Source of the DNA: an uncultured Erysipelotrichaceae bacterium | GTDB lineage: Bacteria; Bacillota_I; Bacilli_A; RFN20; CAG-826 | Reading direction: 5' to 3' | Assembly (NCBI GenBank): GCA_902798595.1 | Contig: CADBXE010000002.1 | Coordinates: 166,741-230,740, forward strand | DNA length: 64,000 bases | In this document: positions 1 through 8,612 of the stretch, in pieces | Position numbering within the stretch: the first letter of the stretch is position 1 | Layout: each line of letters begins with the position of its first letter | Position numbers and translations under genes: made by a program | Notes under the pieces: model-generated | What the model was told of the DNA's origin: nothing | Database searches by the model: none | The model's input: the letters and a program-made list of their open reading frames with translations, nothing else

Positions 1-189
1 AAAGAAGTTATCAATCTTCCAAAGGCCAAATGTGTCTCCATCGAAATGCTTTCAACCTTTGGTTGGGCTAAATATGCTGACACAAATATTGGCTTAGATC
101 AGTTCGGTGCTAGTGCTCCTGCTAAAGACGTCTTCAAGAAATTCAATTTCACTCCAGAATACGTTGCTAGCGTGGTTGAAAAACTTTAA
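1..189 (+). CDS. tkt: Transketolase, C-terminal fragment (truncated by the window start)
   Basis: Frame 1 translates by hand to ...VSIEMLSTFGWAKYADTNIGLDQFGASAPAKDVFKKFNFTPEYVASVVEKL*, the typical transketolase C-terminus. Confidence 0.9.
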   Translation, partial: KEVINLPKAKCVSIEMLSTFGWAKYADTNIGLDQFGASAPAKDVFKKFNFTPEYVASVVEKL

Positions 190-210
190 TCAAAACAAAA
201 TCAAACGATT

Positions 211-242
211 GAAAAGCGGAAATCCACCGCTTTTCTTTTTTT
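211..242 (+). terminator. Intrinsic terminator after tkt
   Basis: GAAAAGCGG-aaatcca-CCGCTTTTC stem followed by a T-tract. Confidence 0.8.
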
Positions 243-563
243 GTCTTCTCCACCACCACTCTTTTTTATATATAAAAAAGAAAATACATATATACCTTTT
301 CAAAGTCAATTGTTTTTTCATCTTTTTTGTCTCGAGGGAAAAAAAGAAAAAAGATTGACATGATTAGTCCCCTAGCTATCGTGTGCGCTCGCGCACGCTC
401 ATGCATTATGCTAATAGATTTTTGCTAGCTATTTTACAAGCAAAAAAAGAACAATTATTTTCTCTTGCTGGTAGCGGTGAAAGTGATTATAATTCAGCAC
501 TCTTATTTTTTTACCCTTTGCTAAACGAATATATTTACTATATATTATTAGTAGGTAAGGTTT

Positions 564-905
564 ATGGCAGACTACGTCTATATTGAAAATTACGCTAACA
601 AAGGAAAGATTGGTATCTCCATCAATGTCTTTGACAACTTGGTGACCAATGCTTTAAGCAACATTTCTGGTATTTCTATGAGCAGTGCTCATATGAAGCG
701 TAATCAAAAGATTCGTTTAAATAGACCAGTTCAAACAACCATTAGACACGGCATCGTGCATGTTTGGGTGGCTGTGGATGTTGCTAAGGGTACCAATTTG
801 CAAGATGTTACTCGTAATATCCAAGAAGAAATCACTAACGCTTTCTTAATGACCACTGAACAAGTGCCATTTGATGTCGCCGTCAATGTCATATCAATTA
901 TTTAA
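564..905 (+). CDS. Asp23/Gls24 family protein (YqhY-like)
   Basis: Size, GKIGISINVF...AVDVAKG...V.VNV pattern, and conserved position before nusB. Confidence 0.8.
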   Translation: MADYVYIENYANKGKIGISINVFDNLVTNALSNISGISMSSAHMKRNQKIRLNRPVQTTIRHGIVHVWVAVDVAKGTNLQDVTRNIQEEITNAFLMTTEQVPFDVAVNVISII

Positions 906-924
906 CTAAATAAACGCTTTTTTT

Positions 925-1347
925 ATGGAAAAAATATCTCGCAATCAAGAAAACTTTATAATCATGACCGTCATCTATGACGAAATTGCCGACCAGGTTG
1001 CTGGTAGAGAACATAACTTTCGTGATGTTGATGAAATCATCACTGAAATGACAGAGGACCCACGTCCATTTAAACAACACAGTAACTACGTCCAAAACAT
1101 GATTTCTTCAGTTTTGAATAACTATGGTTCAATCATCTCCGCTTTCCAACCACATTTGAGAAACTGGAAATGGGAAAGATTACCATTACTTACACAGTCA
1201 GTGTTATTAATGAGTTACGCGCATTTCTACTATGTAGAAAAGATTGATAAGCGCATCGTCATCAATACCGCAGTGGAACTCGCTAAAAAGTATATCGAAG
1301 AAAAACAGGCCAAATTCATTAACGCAATATTAGACGAGGTGCTCTAA
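925..1347 (+). CDS. nusB: Transcription antitermination factor NusB
   Basis: WKWERLP...IVINTAVELAKKY...KFINAILD motifs. Confidence 0.92.
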   Translation: MEKISRNQENFIIMTVIYDEIADQVAGREHNFRDVDEIITEMTEDPRPFKQHSNYVQNMISSVLNNYGSIISAFQPHLRNWKWERLPLLTQSVLLMSYAHFYYVEKIDKRIVINTAVELAKKYIEEKQAKFINAILDEVL

Positions 1348-2486
1348 TGAATAGTGATCGCCCAGTCTTCACCGTCAGCGATATTAATCAATACATCAAA
1401 GCCGTCCTCAGCAACGATGAGAACTTAAAGTTCATCTATGTGAAAGGCGAAATCTCTAATTTTAAAATGGCAAGCAACGGTCATTTTTATTTTTCTTTGA
1501 AGGACGATAAGTCATTAATTGGTGCGATGATGTTTTCAAACTATGCTTCTAAATGTAATTTCAAGCCGGAAAACGGCCAAGAAGTTGTGGCTTTTGGTTC
1601 TATTGATGCATATCCAGGAAGAGGCACTTATCAAATCATTGTTTATCAAATGGAAGAAGTTGGAGCAGGCGCTCAACTCTTAGAATTAGAAAAGCTTAAA
1701 AAGAAACTCCTAGAAGAAGGTTTGTTTGACGAATCTAGAAAAAGAAAGATAAATCTTTACCCAAACGCTATTGGTGTCATTACCGCTCCTAATAGCGCCG
1801 CAATTAAGGACATTTTGTTTAATCTTAAGCGCAGATATCCAATCGCAGATATTTACGTCTTCTATAGTGCTGTTCAAGGGGAAAACGCCCCTAAAGAATT
1901 GCTTAAAGCATTCGAATTAAGCCAAACATATCCTTTGGATACATTACTCATTGGCCGTGGAGGCGGCGCTAGTGAGGATTTAAGCGCTTTTAACGATGAG
2001 AAACTGGTGAGGGCGATTGCTAATAGTAAGATGCCTGTTATCGCCTGTGTAGGCCATGAAATTGATTCTACCTTAGTAGACTTTGTGGCGGATAAGCGCG
2101 CTAGTACACCAACAGGAGCTGCAGAGTTGGCCACAATTGACCGTAGAGAGATAGAAGAAAAGTTATCCTTCTCCTTACAGGATATGGAAGAAAGCCTTAA
2201 ACAAAGAATTCAAGACATGAAAGACGATTTATCTTCTTACAAAGAAGATTTAGACTTAGAGATTCGTCAATTAGTGGCCCATTATAGCCAATTGCTAGAT
2301 CAAAAGAAAGCCACATTAGAGGCTCTTAATCCAAATAATGTTATTAAACGTGGTTTCTCTTTAACAGTCGATGAAGAAGGAAAACCAGTCAGCGATATTA
2401 AAACAGTGAAAAAAGGTCAAAAGATTAAGACCATCTTAAAAGATGGAATCATCAATAGTGAAGTTATCAATACGGAGGAAAAATAG
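1347..2486 (+). CDS. xseA: Exodeoxyribonuclease VII large subunit
   Basis: GEISNF..NGHFYFSLKD, GRGGGASEDL, VGHEID, ASTPTGAAE motifs. Confidence 0.96.
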   Translation: MNSDRPVFTVSDINQYIKAVLSNDENLKFIYVKGEISNFKMASNGHFYFSLKDDKSLIGAMMFSNYASKCNFKPENGQEVVAFGSIDAYPGRGTYQIIVYQMEEVGAGAQLLELEKLKKKLLEEGLFDESRKRKINLYPNAIGVITAPNSAAIKDILFNLKRRYPIADIYVFYSAVQGENAPKELLKAFELSQTYPLDTLLIGRGGGASEDLSAFNDEKLVRAIANSKMPVIACVGHEIDSTLVDFVADKRASTPTGAAELATIDRREIEEKLSFSLQDMEESLKQRIQDMKDDLSSYKEDLDLEIRQLVAHYSQLLDQKKATLEALNPNNVIKRGFSLTVDEEGKPVSDIKTVKKGQKIKTILKDGIINSEVINTEEK

Positions 2487-2487
2487 T

Positions 2488-2679
2488 ATGGCAGAGAAAT
2501 TTGATTTTGAAAAAGAGATGAAAAGATTAGACGAAATCGTCGCTAATATCTCATCAGAAAAACTCCCATTAGATGAATGCTTAGCCCTCTATAAAGAAGG
2601 TCAAGAGATCGTCAAAAAGTTAGAAAAAGCCCTCAAAGAAGCTGAAGAAAAGGTCGAAAAAGTCATCGAAAACAAATAA
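2488..2679 (+). CDS. xseB: Exodeoxyribonuclease VII small subunit
   Basis: FEKEMKRLDEIV...LPLDECLALYKEG; start reassigned to ATG 2488 behind a GGAGG SD. Confidence 0.93.
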   Translation: MAEKFDFEKEMKRLDEIVANISSEKLPLDECLALYKEGQEIVKKLEKALKEAEEKVEKVIENK

Positions 2680-2729
2680 ATCTATTAGTGGTTTATTAGT
2701 TTTTATTTAGTACATATAATACTTTGTAT

Positions 2730-2760
2730 TAGAAATATTATCCTGTGAAAGCAGGATTTT
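2730..2760 (+). terminator. Probable terminator after xseB
   Basis: ATCCTG-tgaaag-CAGGAT hairpin (2740-2757) followed by TTT. Confidence 0.55.
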
Positions 2761-2777
2761 ATTATGCTTATTATTTT

Positions 2778-2808
2778 AGTTAACATAATCCTTGTACGCG
2801 TATATAAT
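2778..2808 (+). promoter_or_regulatory. SigA-type promoter of dinB-xerD-deoB, with the -35 inside a copy of the dif XerD arm
   Basis: TTAACA (2780-2785), 17 bp, TATAAT (2803-2808). AGTTAACATAA (2778-2788) is identical to 7003-7013. Confidence 0.65.
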
Positions 2809-2814
2809 GTAGAT

Positions 2815-4002
2815 ATGAGTAAGGTTATCGTCCATATTGACTTGAATGCATTTTTTGCTAGATGCGAAGAAATCAAAGATCCATCATTAGAGAATAAACC
2901 TGTCGCTATTGGTCATGATGGTAGAGGCGGTATCGTTTCTACATGTTCCTATGCAGCGCGCAAACATGGCGTTTCTAGCGCAATGCCTATGTTTAAGGCG
3001 AGACAGCTTTGCCCAAACCTTATCGTTATTCCTGGTGATTATCATTATTACTCAGCGATGAGTAAGAAGTTCTTTAACTTTGTTAGAAGATATACAAAAC
3101 TAGTGGAACCTGCTTCTGTGGATGAATGTTTTGCGGACTTTACAGACGCAGTTAAAGGACAAAGCAATGTCATTGTTTTCTTCAGAAAGTTACAAACAGA
3201 TTTATTCAAAGAAACAGGTCTTAAATGTTCTATTGGCGTTTCCACAACTAGATTCTTAGCGAAGATGGCCAGTGACTATCAAAAACCAATGGGCTTAACA
3301 ATTATTCGTAAAAGGGACATCGAAAATATATTGTTCCCACTAAAAGTGGATTCGATGTTTGGCGTTGGCAAAAGAACCGCGCCAAGATTAAAGAACGTTG
3401 GCATTAAAACAATTGGTGAATTATATAGAAAACTCGAAGCGGATGACGAAGAAGTTAAAAACATCTGTGGAAAATTCTTTTATACACTCAAAGAGTGGCT
3501 TGAAGGTAAAGGCTCTGATGAAATTGAAATCGAGAAATGGGATCCGAAGTCTATTGGTAATTCCACAACATTGCCATACGACACAGATAGCGCTGTTGAA
3601 ATTAAGAAACATTTCTTATCTTTAGCGAAGGAAGTGTCAGAAAGAGCGCAAAGAGAAGATAAACTAGGCCACACGATACAAATTGTGGTAAAAGACCAAA
3701 CCTTTAAATCATTTAATAAATCTACGACTTTAGAGAATCCTACAAATAAGTGGCAGGTAATTTATGATTACGCATGTTCTTTGTACGATAAGAATTTTAC
3801 CAATTTAACGCTTAGACTCGTCGGAATCACTTTGCAAAACCTTATCGACTACACCGATATGGCGGTGCAAATGTCATTATTCGACTATTCTAGGCACGAA
3901 GAGGAAAGCAAAACTAAATTACTCATTAATGAACTGAATCGTTCCTTAAAGAAGCCATTATTAAAAAGAGCAAGCGAGGTGAAAAAGAATGGAAATCGTT
4001 GA
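2815..4002 (+). CDS. dinB: DNA polymerase IV
   Basis: HIDLNAFFA, TCSYAARKHGV, SVDECF, LAKMASD..KP motifs; likely start ATG 2815. Confidence 0.95.
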   Translation: MSKVIVHIDLNAFFARCEEIKDPSLENKPVAIGHDGRGGIVSTCSYAARKHGVSSAMPMFKARQLCPNLIVIPGDYHYYSAMSKKFFNFVRRYTKLVEPASVDECFADFTDAVKGQSNVIVFFRKLQTDLFKETGLKCSIGVSTTRFLAKMASDYQKPMGLTIIRKRDIENILFPLKVDSMFGVGKRTAPRLKNVGIKTIGELYRKLEADDEEVKNICGKFFYTLKEWLEGKGSDEIEIEKWDPKSIGNSTTLPYDTDSAVEIKKHFLSLAKEVSERAQREDKLGHTIQIVVKDQTFKSFNKSTTLENPTNKWQVIYDYACSLYDKNFTNLTLRLVGITLQNLIDYTDMAVQMSLFDYSRHEEESKTKLLINELNRSLKKPLLKRASEVKKNGNR

Positions 4003-4864
4003 TGCGATTGATTTGTTTCATCAATATGTTCTCGTCGAGAAAGGTCTTTCTCCTCAGACTTGGATCTCTTATTTAGAAGACTTGCAAGCCTTCTTTAACT
4101 ATTTCAATGACAAGAAAGATACCGGAGATTTATTAGAAACAGATTTATACGAGTTTTTGAAGTTTGAACTCTCATTAGGCAAATCAGTTTCTACTGCTTT
4201 AAGAAGATTATCTTCCACAAGAAGCTTCTATCTTTTTCTTAAGAAAGAAGGATATTTTGATGGCAACATTCCAGAAATTGAAACGCCGAAGAAACCTAAA
4301 CATCTCCCTAATTGTTTAAGCGAAGAAGAGATTGACCGCTTATTAGAAGCCCCAGACATGGAATCTCCTTCAGGGGTTAGAGACAGAGCGATGCTTGAAA
4401 CAATGTACGCTTCAGGCTTACGCGTCAGTGAATTAATAAATCTTAAAAAGGGACAAGTGAATCTCACTAAAGGAATCATTACCGTTTTCGGTAAAGGAGC
4501 CAAAGAAAGAAAGGTTCCAATTGCAGAATACGCTATCGATTTCATTAGAAAATATGTCAATGAAGTGAGAAACAAAAGCGAACACAAAAATAGCGAATAT
4601 CTATTTTTAAATAGAAGCGGTGATAAACTCAGTCGTATTTACTTCTTTAAGCAAGTGCGTAAGTATGCTGAACTAGCAGGTATTGAAATGACAATATCGC
4701 CACATACGCTTAGGCACTCATTCGCAACACACCTCCTCAATCACGGAGCTCAGCTCAGGATGGTGCAAGGCATGCTTGGGCATACCAATATCGCCACCAC
4801 ACAAATATATACACATGTTTCTAGCGAGAAACTTAAATCAGATTATGATAAGATAATGAAGTGA
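3989..4864 (+). CDS. xerD: Tyrosine recombinase XerD (RipX-like)
   Basis: RDRAMLETMYASGLRVSEL, GKGAKER, PHTLRHSFATHLL, LGH...TTQIYTHV; lies next to deoB as in Bacillus ripX-drm. Confidence 0.9.
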   Translation: MEIVDAIDLFHQYVLVEKGLSPQTWISYLEDLQAFFNYFNDKKDTGDLLETDLYEFLKFELSLGKSVSTALRRLSSTRSFYLFLKKEGYFDGNIPEIETPKKPKHLPNCLSEEEIDRLLEAPDMESPSGVRDRAMLETMYASGLRVSELINLKKGQVNLTKGIITVFGKGAKERKVPIAEYAIDFIRKYVNEVRNKSEHKNSEYLFLNRSGDKLSRIYFFKQVRKYAELAGIEMTISPHTLRHSFATHLLNHGAQLRMVQGMLGHTNIATTQIYTHVSSEKLKSDYDKIMK

Positions 4865-4873
4865 GGAAATCAT

Positions 4874-6076
4874 ATGAATAATTACAAATATAAAAGAATA
4901 TTTGTCATCGTTGCTGATTCTATGGGAACCGGCTATTTAGATGACGCAGACAAATTCGGGGACAAAGGAAGTAATACCTTGCTCCACATTGGCGAAAAGA
5001 TGCCAAACGGATTAAATGTTCCTAATTTAAATAAATTAGGTTTAGGCGACTTAGACCCAATCAAAGGTACAAGTAAGGTTGATCATCCACAAGCTTATGT
5101 GTCTAAAGCCAGAGAAGTAAGCAATGGCAAAGACACAATGACAGGTCACTGGGAAATTATGGGTATCAACACACAAGTTCCATTCCAAACGTTTACTGAT
5201 ACCGGCTTCCCAAAAGAGCTCATTGATGAATTAGAAAAAAGAACTGGTCACAAAGTGATTGGTAACAAAGCTGCTTCTGGTACAGAAATCTTAGTGGAAC
5301 TCGGCGAAGAACAATGCCGTGATAATTCTTTAATCGTTTATACTTCTAGCGACTCTGTTTTACAAATCGCCGCTCATGAAGAAGTTACTGGTTTACAAGA
5401 ACTCTATAGATGCTGTGATATAGCTAGAGAAATTTGTATGAAACCAGAATGGATGGTAGGAAGAATCATTGCTCGTCCATACATTGGCACAGATAAAACC
5501 AACTTTAAGCGTGTAACAGGCCATAGACACGACATCGCTCTCAAGCCAAGCGCTCCAACAGTTATGAATGTTTTGCAAGATAATGGCTTCATGACAAGCT
5601 GTGTCGGTAAAATCGGTGACATTTTCGACATGTATGGCGTCGTTAAGACACAAAAAACTGTCTCTAACGAGGATGGTATGGATAAGACCATAGAAGAGGC
5701 TAAAAACCACGATTTCACTGGTCTCTGCTTTGTTAACTTAGTGGAATTTGATAGCGAATATGGCCATAGACGTAATCCAATCGGTTATGGCGAATGCATT
5801 GAAAGATTCGATAAGAGAGTCGGGGAACTCATTCCTTTCTTAAAAGACGATGACTTATTAATCATTACTGCGGATCATGGTAACGATCCAACTTGGACTG
5901 GCACCGATCACACAAGAGAAAAAATACCTCTTCTCATTTATAGCAAGAGTCTCAAAAATGGTGGATATTACCCAGAAAGAATGTCTTTCGGTGACATCGG
6001 AGCCACAATTCTTAAAAACTTTAACATCAAAAAACCTGCTCATTTATTGGGTGAACCAATTGAAGAGTTGTTCTAA
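4874..6076 (+). CDS. deoB: Phosphopentomutase
   Basis: VADSMGTG, GKDTMTGHWE, DSEYGHRR, TADHGNDPT, DHTRE motifs. Confidence 0.96.
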   Translation: MNNYKYKRIFVIVADSMGTGYLDDADKFGDKGSNTLLHIGEKMPNGLNVPNLNKLGLGDLDPIKGTSKVDHPQAYVSKAREVSNGKDTMTGHWEIMGINTQVPFQTFTDTGFPKELIDELEKRTGHKVIGNKAASGTEILVELGEEQCRDNSLIVYTSSDSVLQIAAHEEVTGLQELYRCCDIAREICMKPEWMVGRIIARPYIGTDKTNFKRVTGHRHDIALKPSAPTVMNVLQDNGFMTSCVGKIGDIFDMYGVVKTQKTVSNEDGMDKTIEEAKNHDFTGLCFVNLVEFDSEYGHRRNPIGYGECIERFDKRVGELIPFLKDDDLLIITADHGNDPTWTGTDHTREKIPLLIYSKSLKNGGYYPERMSFGDIGATILKNFNIKKPAHLLGEPIEELF

Positions 6077-6100
6077 TATACAAGTATATTAGAAAATTAT

Positions 6101-6133
6101 GAAAAAAGACCTAATTTCTAGGGTCTTTTTTCA
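6101..6133 (+). terminator. Terminator after deoB
   Basis: GAAAAAAGACCT...GGGTCTTTTTTC hairpin. Confidence 0.8.
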
Positions 6134-6229
6134 TTTTATTTTGTACTTTATTTGCGTCATAAATGAGCGTATGGTTGTAAACGTTGCGTGCTATAGGCGC
6201 ACATGTAAAATATTGAAAGGAAAGAAACT

Positions 6230-6865
6230 ATGACCGAAGAAAAAGAAATTGAAATACAAGAAATCGAAGGAGATAAAAAGGAAGAAGCCCTTGTAAAAGA
6301 TAAAGGACTTTATTTTAGAAAGCGCGAAGCTGAGTTGGATCAACGCTATTTAAAAGGTGATGAATTGCTTGATATGCAAGAATACATCAACAATCATATT
6401 TATTTTTACCGCCAATTCGTCCCATTCTTTGACGTGAGGCCAGGAGAAATCTATTACGCTGATTTCCCAGTCGGTTTCGGCGCAGAAATTCATGGCAAAC
6501 ATCCTGTTGTGGTTTTACATAGATCGCCTTGTAAGAACCCAATGATTACAGTTGTTCCATTAACAAGCGGATCATGTCATGAGATGAGCGATGTTGATTT
6601 AGGAATTATCGAAGGTTTGGCAAAAGGAAGTAAGCATTCAGTCGCCGTTATTAATCAGACAAGATCGATTGATAAAAGAAGAATCGTTCCAGAGTACGCA
6701 ATTAAGATTTTAAGAGAACGCGAAGCCACCGAACCAATCGAACCAAGCACAAGAACTAAGGTTTGCTCAGTTAAGGTACGTAGGTTAGAGCCAAGAAAGT
6801 TTGCTTTATTAAGAAGAAAGGTTGACTGGTACATTAACGATAACAACATCAATAAAGATAAATAG
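6230..6865 (+). CDS. PemK/MazF-family toxin-like protein with N-terminal extension
   Basis: GEIYYADF..G.EIHGKHPVVVL...VVPLTS...NQTRSIDKRRI. Confidence 0.82.
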   Translation: MTEEKEIEIQEIEGDKKEEALVKDKGLYFRKREAELDQRYLKGDELLDMQEYINNHIYFYRQFVPFFDVRPGEIYYADFPVGFGAEIHGKHPVVVLHRSPCKNPMITVVPLTSGSCHEMSDVDLGIIEGLAKGSKHSVAVINQTRSIDKRRIVPEYAIKILREREATEPIEPSTRTKVCSVKVRRLEPRKFALLRRKVDWYINDNNINKDK

Positions 6866-6920
6866 TGATTAGTAGTTTTCCAGTAGTTTTAAAATTGCTA
6901 GAAAATGTAGATAAATCGAC

Positions 6921-6971
6921 AGACAGTTATATTGTATGCCGCAAACATATTCGTATAACTGTCTTTATTTT
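6921..6971 (+). terminator. Long hairpin / probable terminator after the mazF-like gene
   Basis: AGACAGTTATA (6921-6931) pairs with TATAACTGTCT (6954-6964), followed by TTATTTT. Confidence 0.6.
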
Positions 6972-7002
6972 ACTACGTAACATCTTTATTTTAATCATGT
7001 CT

Positions 7003-7030
7003 AGTTAACATAATGGCAATTATGCGAAGT
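7003..7030 (-). other. dif-like Xer recombination site
   Basis: Minus strand reads ACTTCGCATAA-TTGCCA-TTATGTTAACT (11-6-11), close to B. subtilis ACTTCCTAGAA-TATATA-TTATGTAAACT and E. coli GGTGCGCATAA-TGTATA-TTATGTTAAAT. It is intergenic and sits where gene orientation converges. Confidence 0.85.
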
Positions 7031-7051
7031 ATATATAAAAGAGGAAATTGA

Positions 7052-7084
7052 TGTGGATATTGTGGAAAAGTCAGTTTATCCACA
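7052..7084. promoter_or_regulatory. Cluster of three DnaA-box-like 9-mers
   Basis: TGTGGATAT (7052-7060), TGTGGAAAA (7061-7069) and a perfect TTATCCACA (7076-7084). Confidence 0.65.
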
Positions 7085-7242
7085 CTTTACACTATTCACG
7101 GATCAAATATCTAAAATCAGCGGTTCTATTAATTGCCTATTTTAGTCATTTTGAATAATTTATCATCAGAATGTAAGTTAAGACAAGCCAAAAATAAAGG
7201 CCTCATTTCTGAGACCTAATTGTTCATGATTTTGTGTTGATT

Positions 7243-8322
7243 TTAGAGGTTCAAATAGTATGCAAAACAGTCTGCGGTGAACCTGTTATCCACCATTTTA
7301 TCCTTGCTTATGAGGAAGTCTCTATTGGCTTTTAGGACTGTGATAAATCCTTTTTCAAAGTCTTCATACATGGCCTTAATAAGGTCGCTTGAATCGTATG
7401 GACGAGTTGGCTCGATCTTGTCTGAGACGAAAACAAGCTTCTCTAACCAGCCCATTTTCTTCCTTCCGGTCGTATGATATTTAATTGCATCCAGTATTTC
7501 AGGGTCTGCAACGCCAAATTTGTCACGGGCCACCATTGCGCCTAAGAATTGATGATAGGCATAAGCACCTATATCTAAGAATCCTGGATAGAATTCCTTC
7601 ATCATCCTTAAGGATTCTTCATCATTGATTCCTTTAGCGATGTCATGGAGAATACCAGCGACGTAAGCTTTAGAAAAGTCTAAATGATGATGCATCGCTA
7701 ATTGGTAAGCCATATGAGCAACGGATTTGGAATGTCTGAAGCGGCTTTCTTTTAAGAGAGGTTTGACTTTCTTAATGAAATATAGTTCGTTATCTTCGAT
7801 ATATCTGATGACATCTTCTTGAAGATATGCGCTTCTTAGTTCTCTGATATCAGATGATGAAACGTCGACTGTAGGACCAGAAATAGCAATCATGTGGTAT
7901 TTATCCACATTTACCTGATTAAGCTCGTATTTTGGCCTTTCATAATAGATTATTTGGGTATTTTTAGCGATTTCTTCTGGCTTTGCCCATTCATGGAAGG
8001 CATTGACTTGGTCTTGGCCGATTAAAAAGTAGAGCTTATCGTTTGGATATTTCTTTTTAAAATACTCTACGGTTTGATAAGAACGAGGTTGTTCGGCTTG
8101 ATCAAGTTCAAAAGTATCCACGCTAAAGCCTGGGATATCTTTAATGGCGATGCTCACCATTGCTAATTTGTGTTCTTGATTGATAGATGAACTCTTCCAA
8201 ACAGCGATTTTTGCGGGCACGAAAACTACTTCACCAGGATATGTCTTCTGAGCCATGATGGCCATATTGATATGTCCTAGATGAATGGGATCGAAACCAC
8301 CACCGAAAATAATTCTGTTCAT
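7243..8322 (-). CDS. nadD: NadD nicotinate-nucleotide adenylyltransferase fused to a YqeK HD-domain Ap4A hydrolase
   Basis: GGGFDPIHLGH and VSSSDIR, followed by RFRHS...GILHDIAK...YHTTG...SDKIEPTR. Confidence 0.92.
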   Translation of the reverse strand: MNRIIFGGGFDPIHLGHINMAIMAQKTYPGEVVFVPAKIAVWKSSSINQEHKLAMVSIAIKDIPGFSVDTFELDQAEQPRSYQTVEYFKKKYPNDKLYFLIGQDQVNAFHEWAKPEEIAKNTQIIYYERPKYELNQVNVDKYHMIAISGPTVDVSSSDIRELRSAYLQEDVIRYIEDNELYFIKKVKPLLKESRFRHSKSVAHMAYQLAMHHHLDFSKAYVAGILHDIAKGINDEESLRMMKEFYPGFLDIGAYAYHQFLGAMVARDKFGVADPEILDAIKYHTTGRKKMGWLEKLVFVSDKIEPTRPYDSSDLIKAMYEDFEKGFITVLKANRDFLISKDKMVDNRFTADCFAYYLNL

Positions 8323-8609
8323 TAGATTTTGATTTTTGGATTCTCTTTATTCCTACGGAATAGGATAATAACTCTACCCATCACATGAACGAGTTCGGCA
8401 TTTAACTTATTAGAAATGTCAATCGCGATTTCCATGATTGGTAAGGAACAACCTTTCATGACATCGATTTTGATTAATTCATGTGCAGTTAAAGCTTTAT
8501 CAAGCATGCTGATAAGAGTTTCAGAAATTTCATTTTTACCGATTTGGTAACGAATTGTAAGTGTGGACGCTAATGCTTTTAGGTCACGTTTTTGTTTTGG
8601 TGTTAACAT
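8322..8609 (-). CDS. yhbY: YhbY/CRM RNA-binding protein
   Basis: LTPKQKRDLKALA, QIGKN, HELIKI, GRVIILFR. Confidence 0.92.
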   Translation of the reverse strand: MLTPKQKRDLKALASTLTIRYQIGKNEISETLISMLDKALTAHELIKIDVMKGCSLPIMEIAIDISNKLNAELVHVMGRVIILFRRNKENPKIKI

Positions 8610-8612
8610 ATT

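Noticed and set aside
107-586. ORFs 107-358 and 383-586
   Set aside because: They overlap tkt, its terminator and promoter-like DNA, have low-complexity translations and no SD; probably spurious.
3989-4864. Phage or ICE integrase
   Set aside because: Length, motifs and the xerD-deoB context fit housekeeping XerD; there are no phage or conjugation genes.
7003-7200. oriC interpretation of the DnaA boxes
   Set aside because: Genes converge on this point rather than diverge, no dnaA/dnaN is nearby, there are only three boxes, and dif is adjacent.
7243-8322. NadD-YqeK fusion as a novelty
   Set aside because: The two genes are adjacent in Bacillota and such fusions are already known in mollicute-like lineages.
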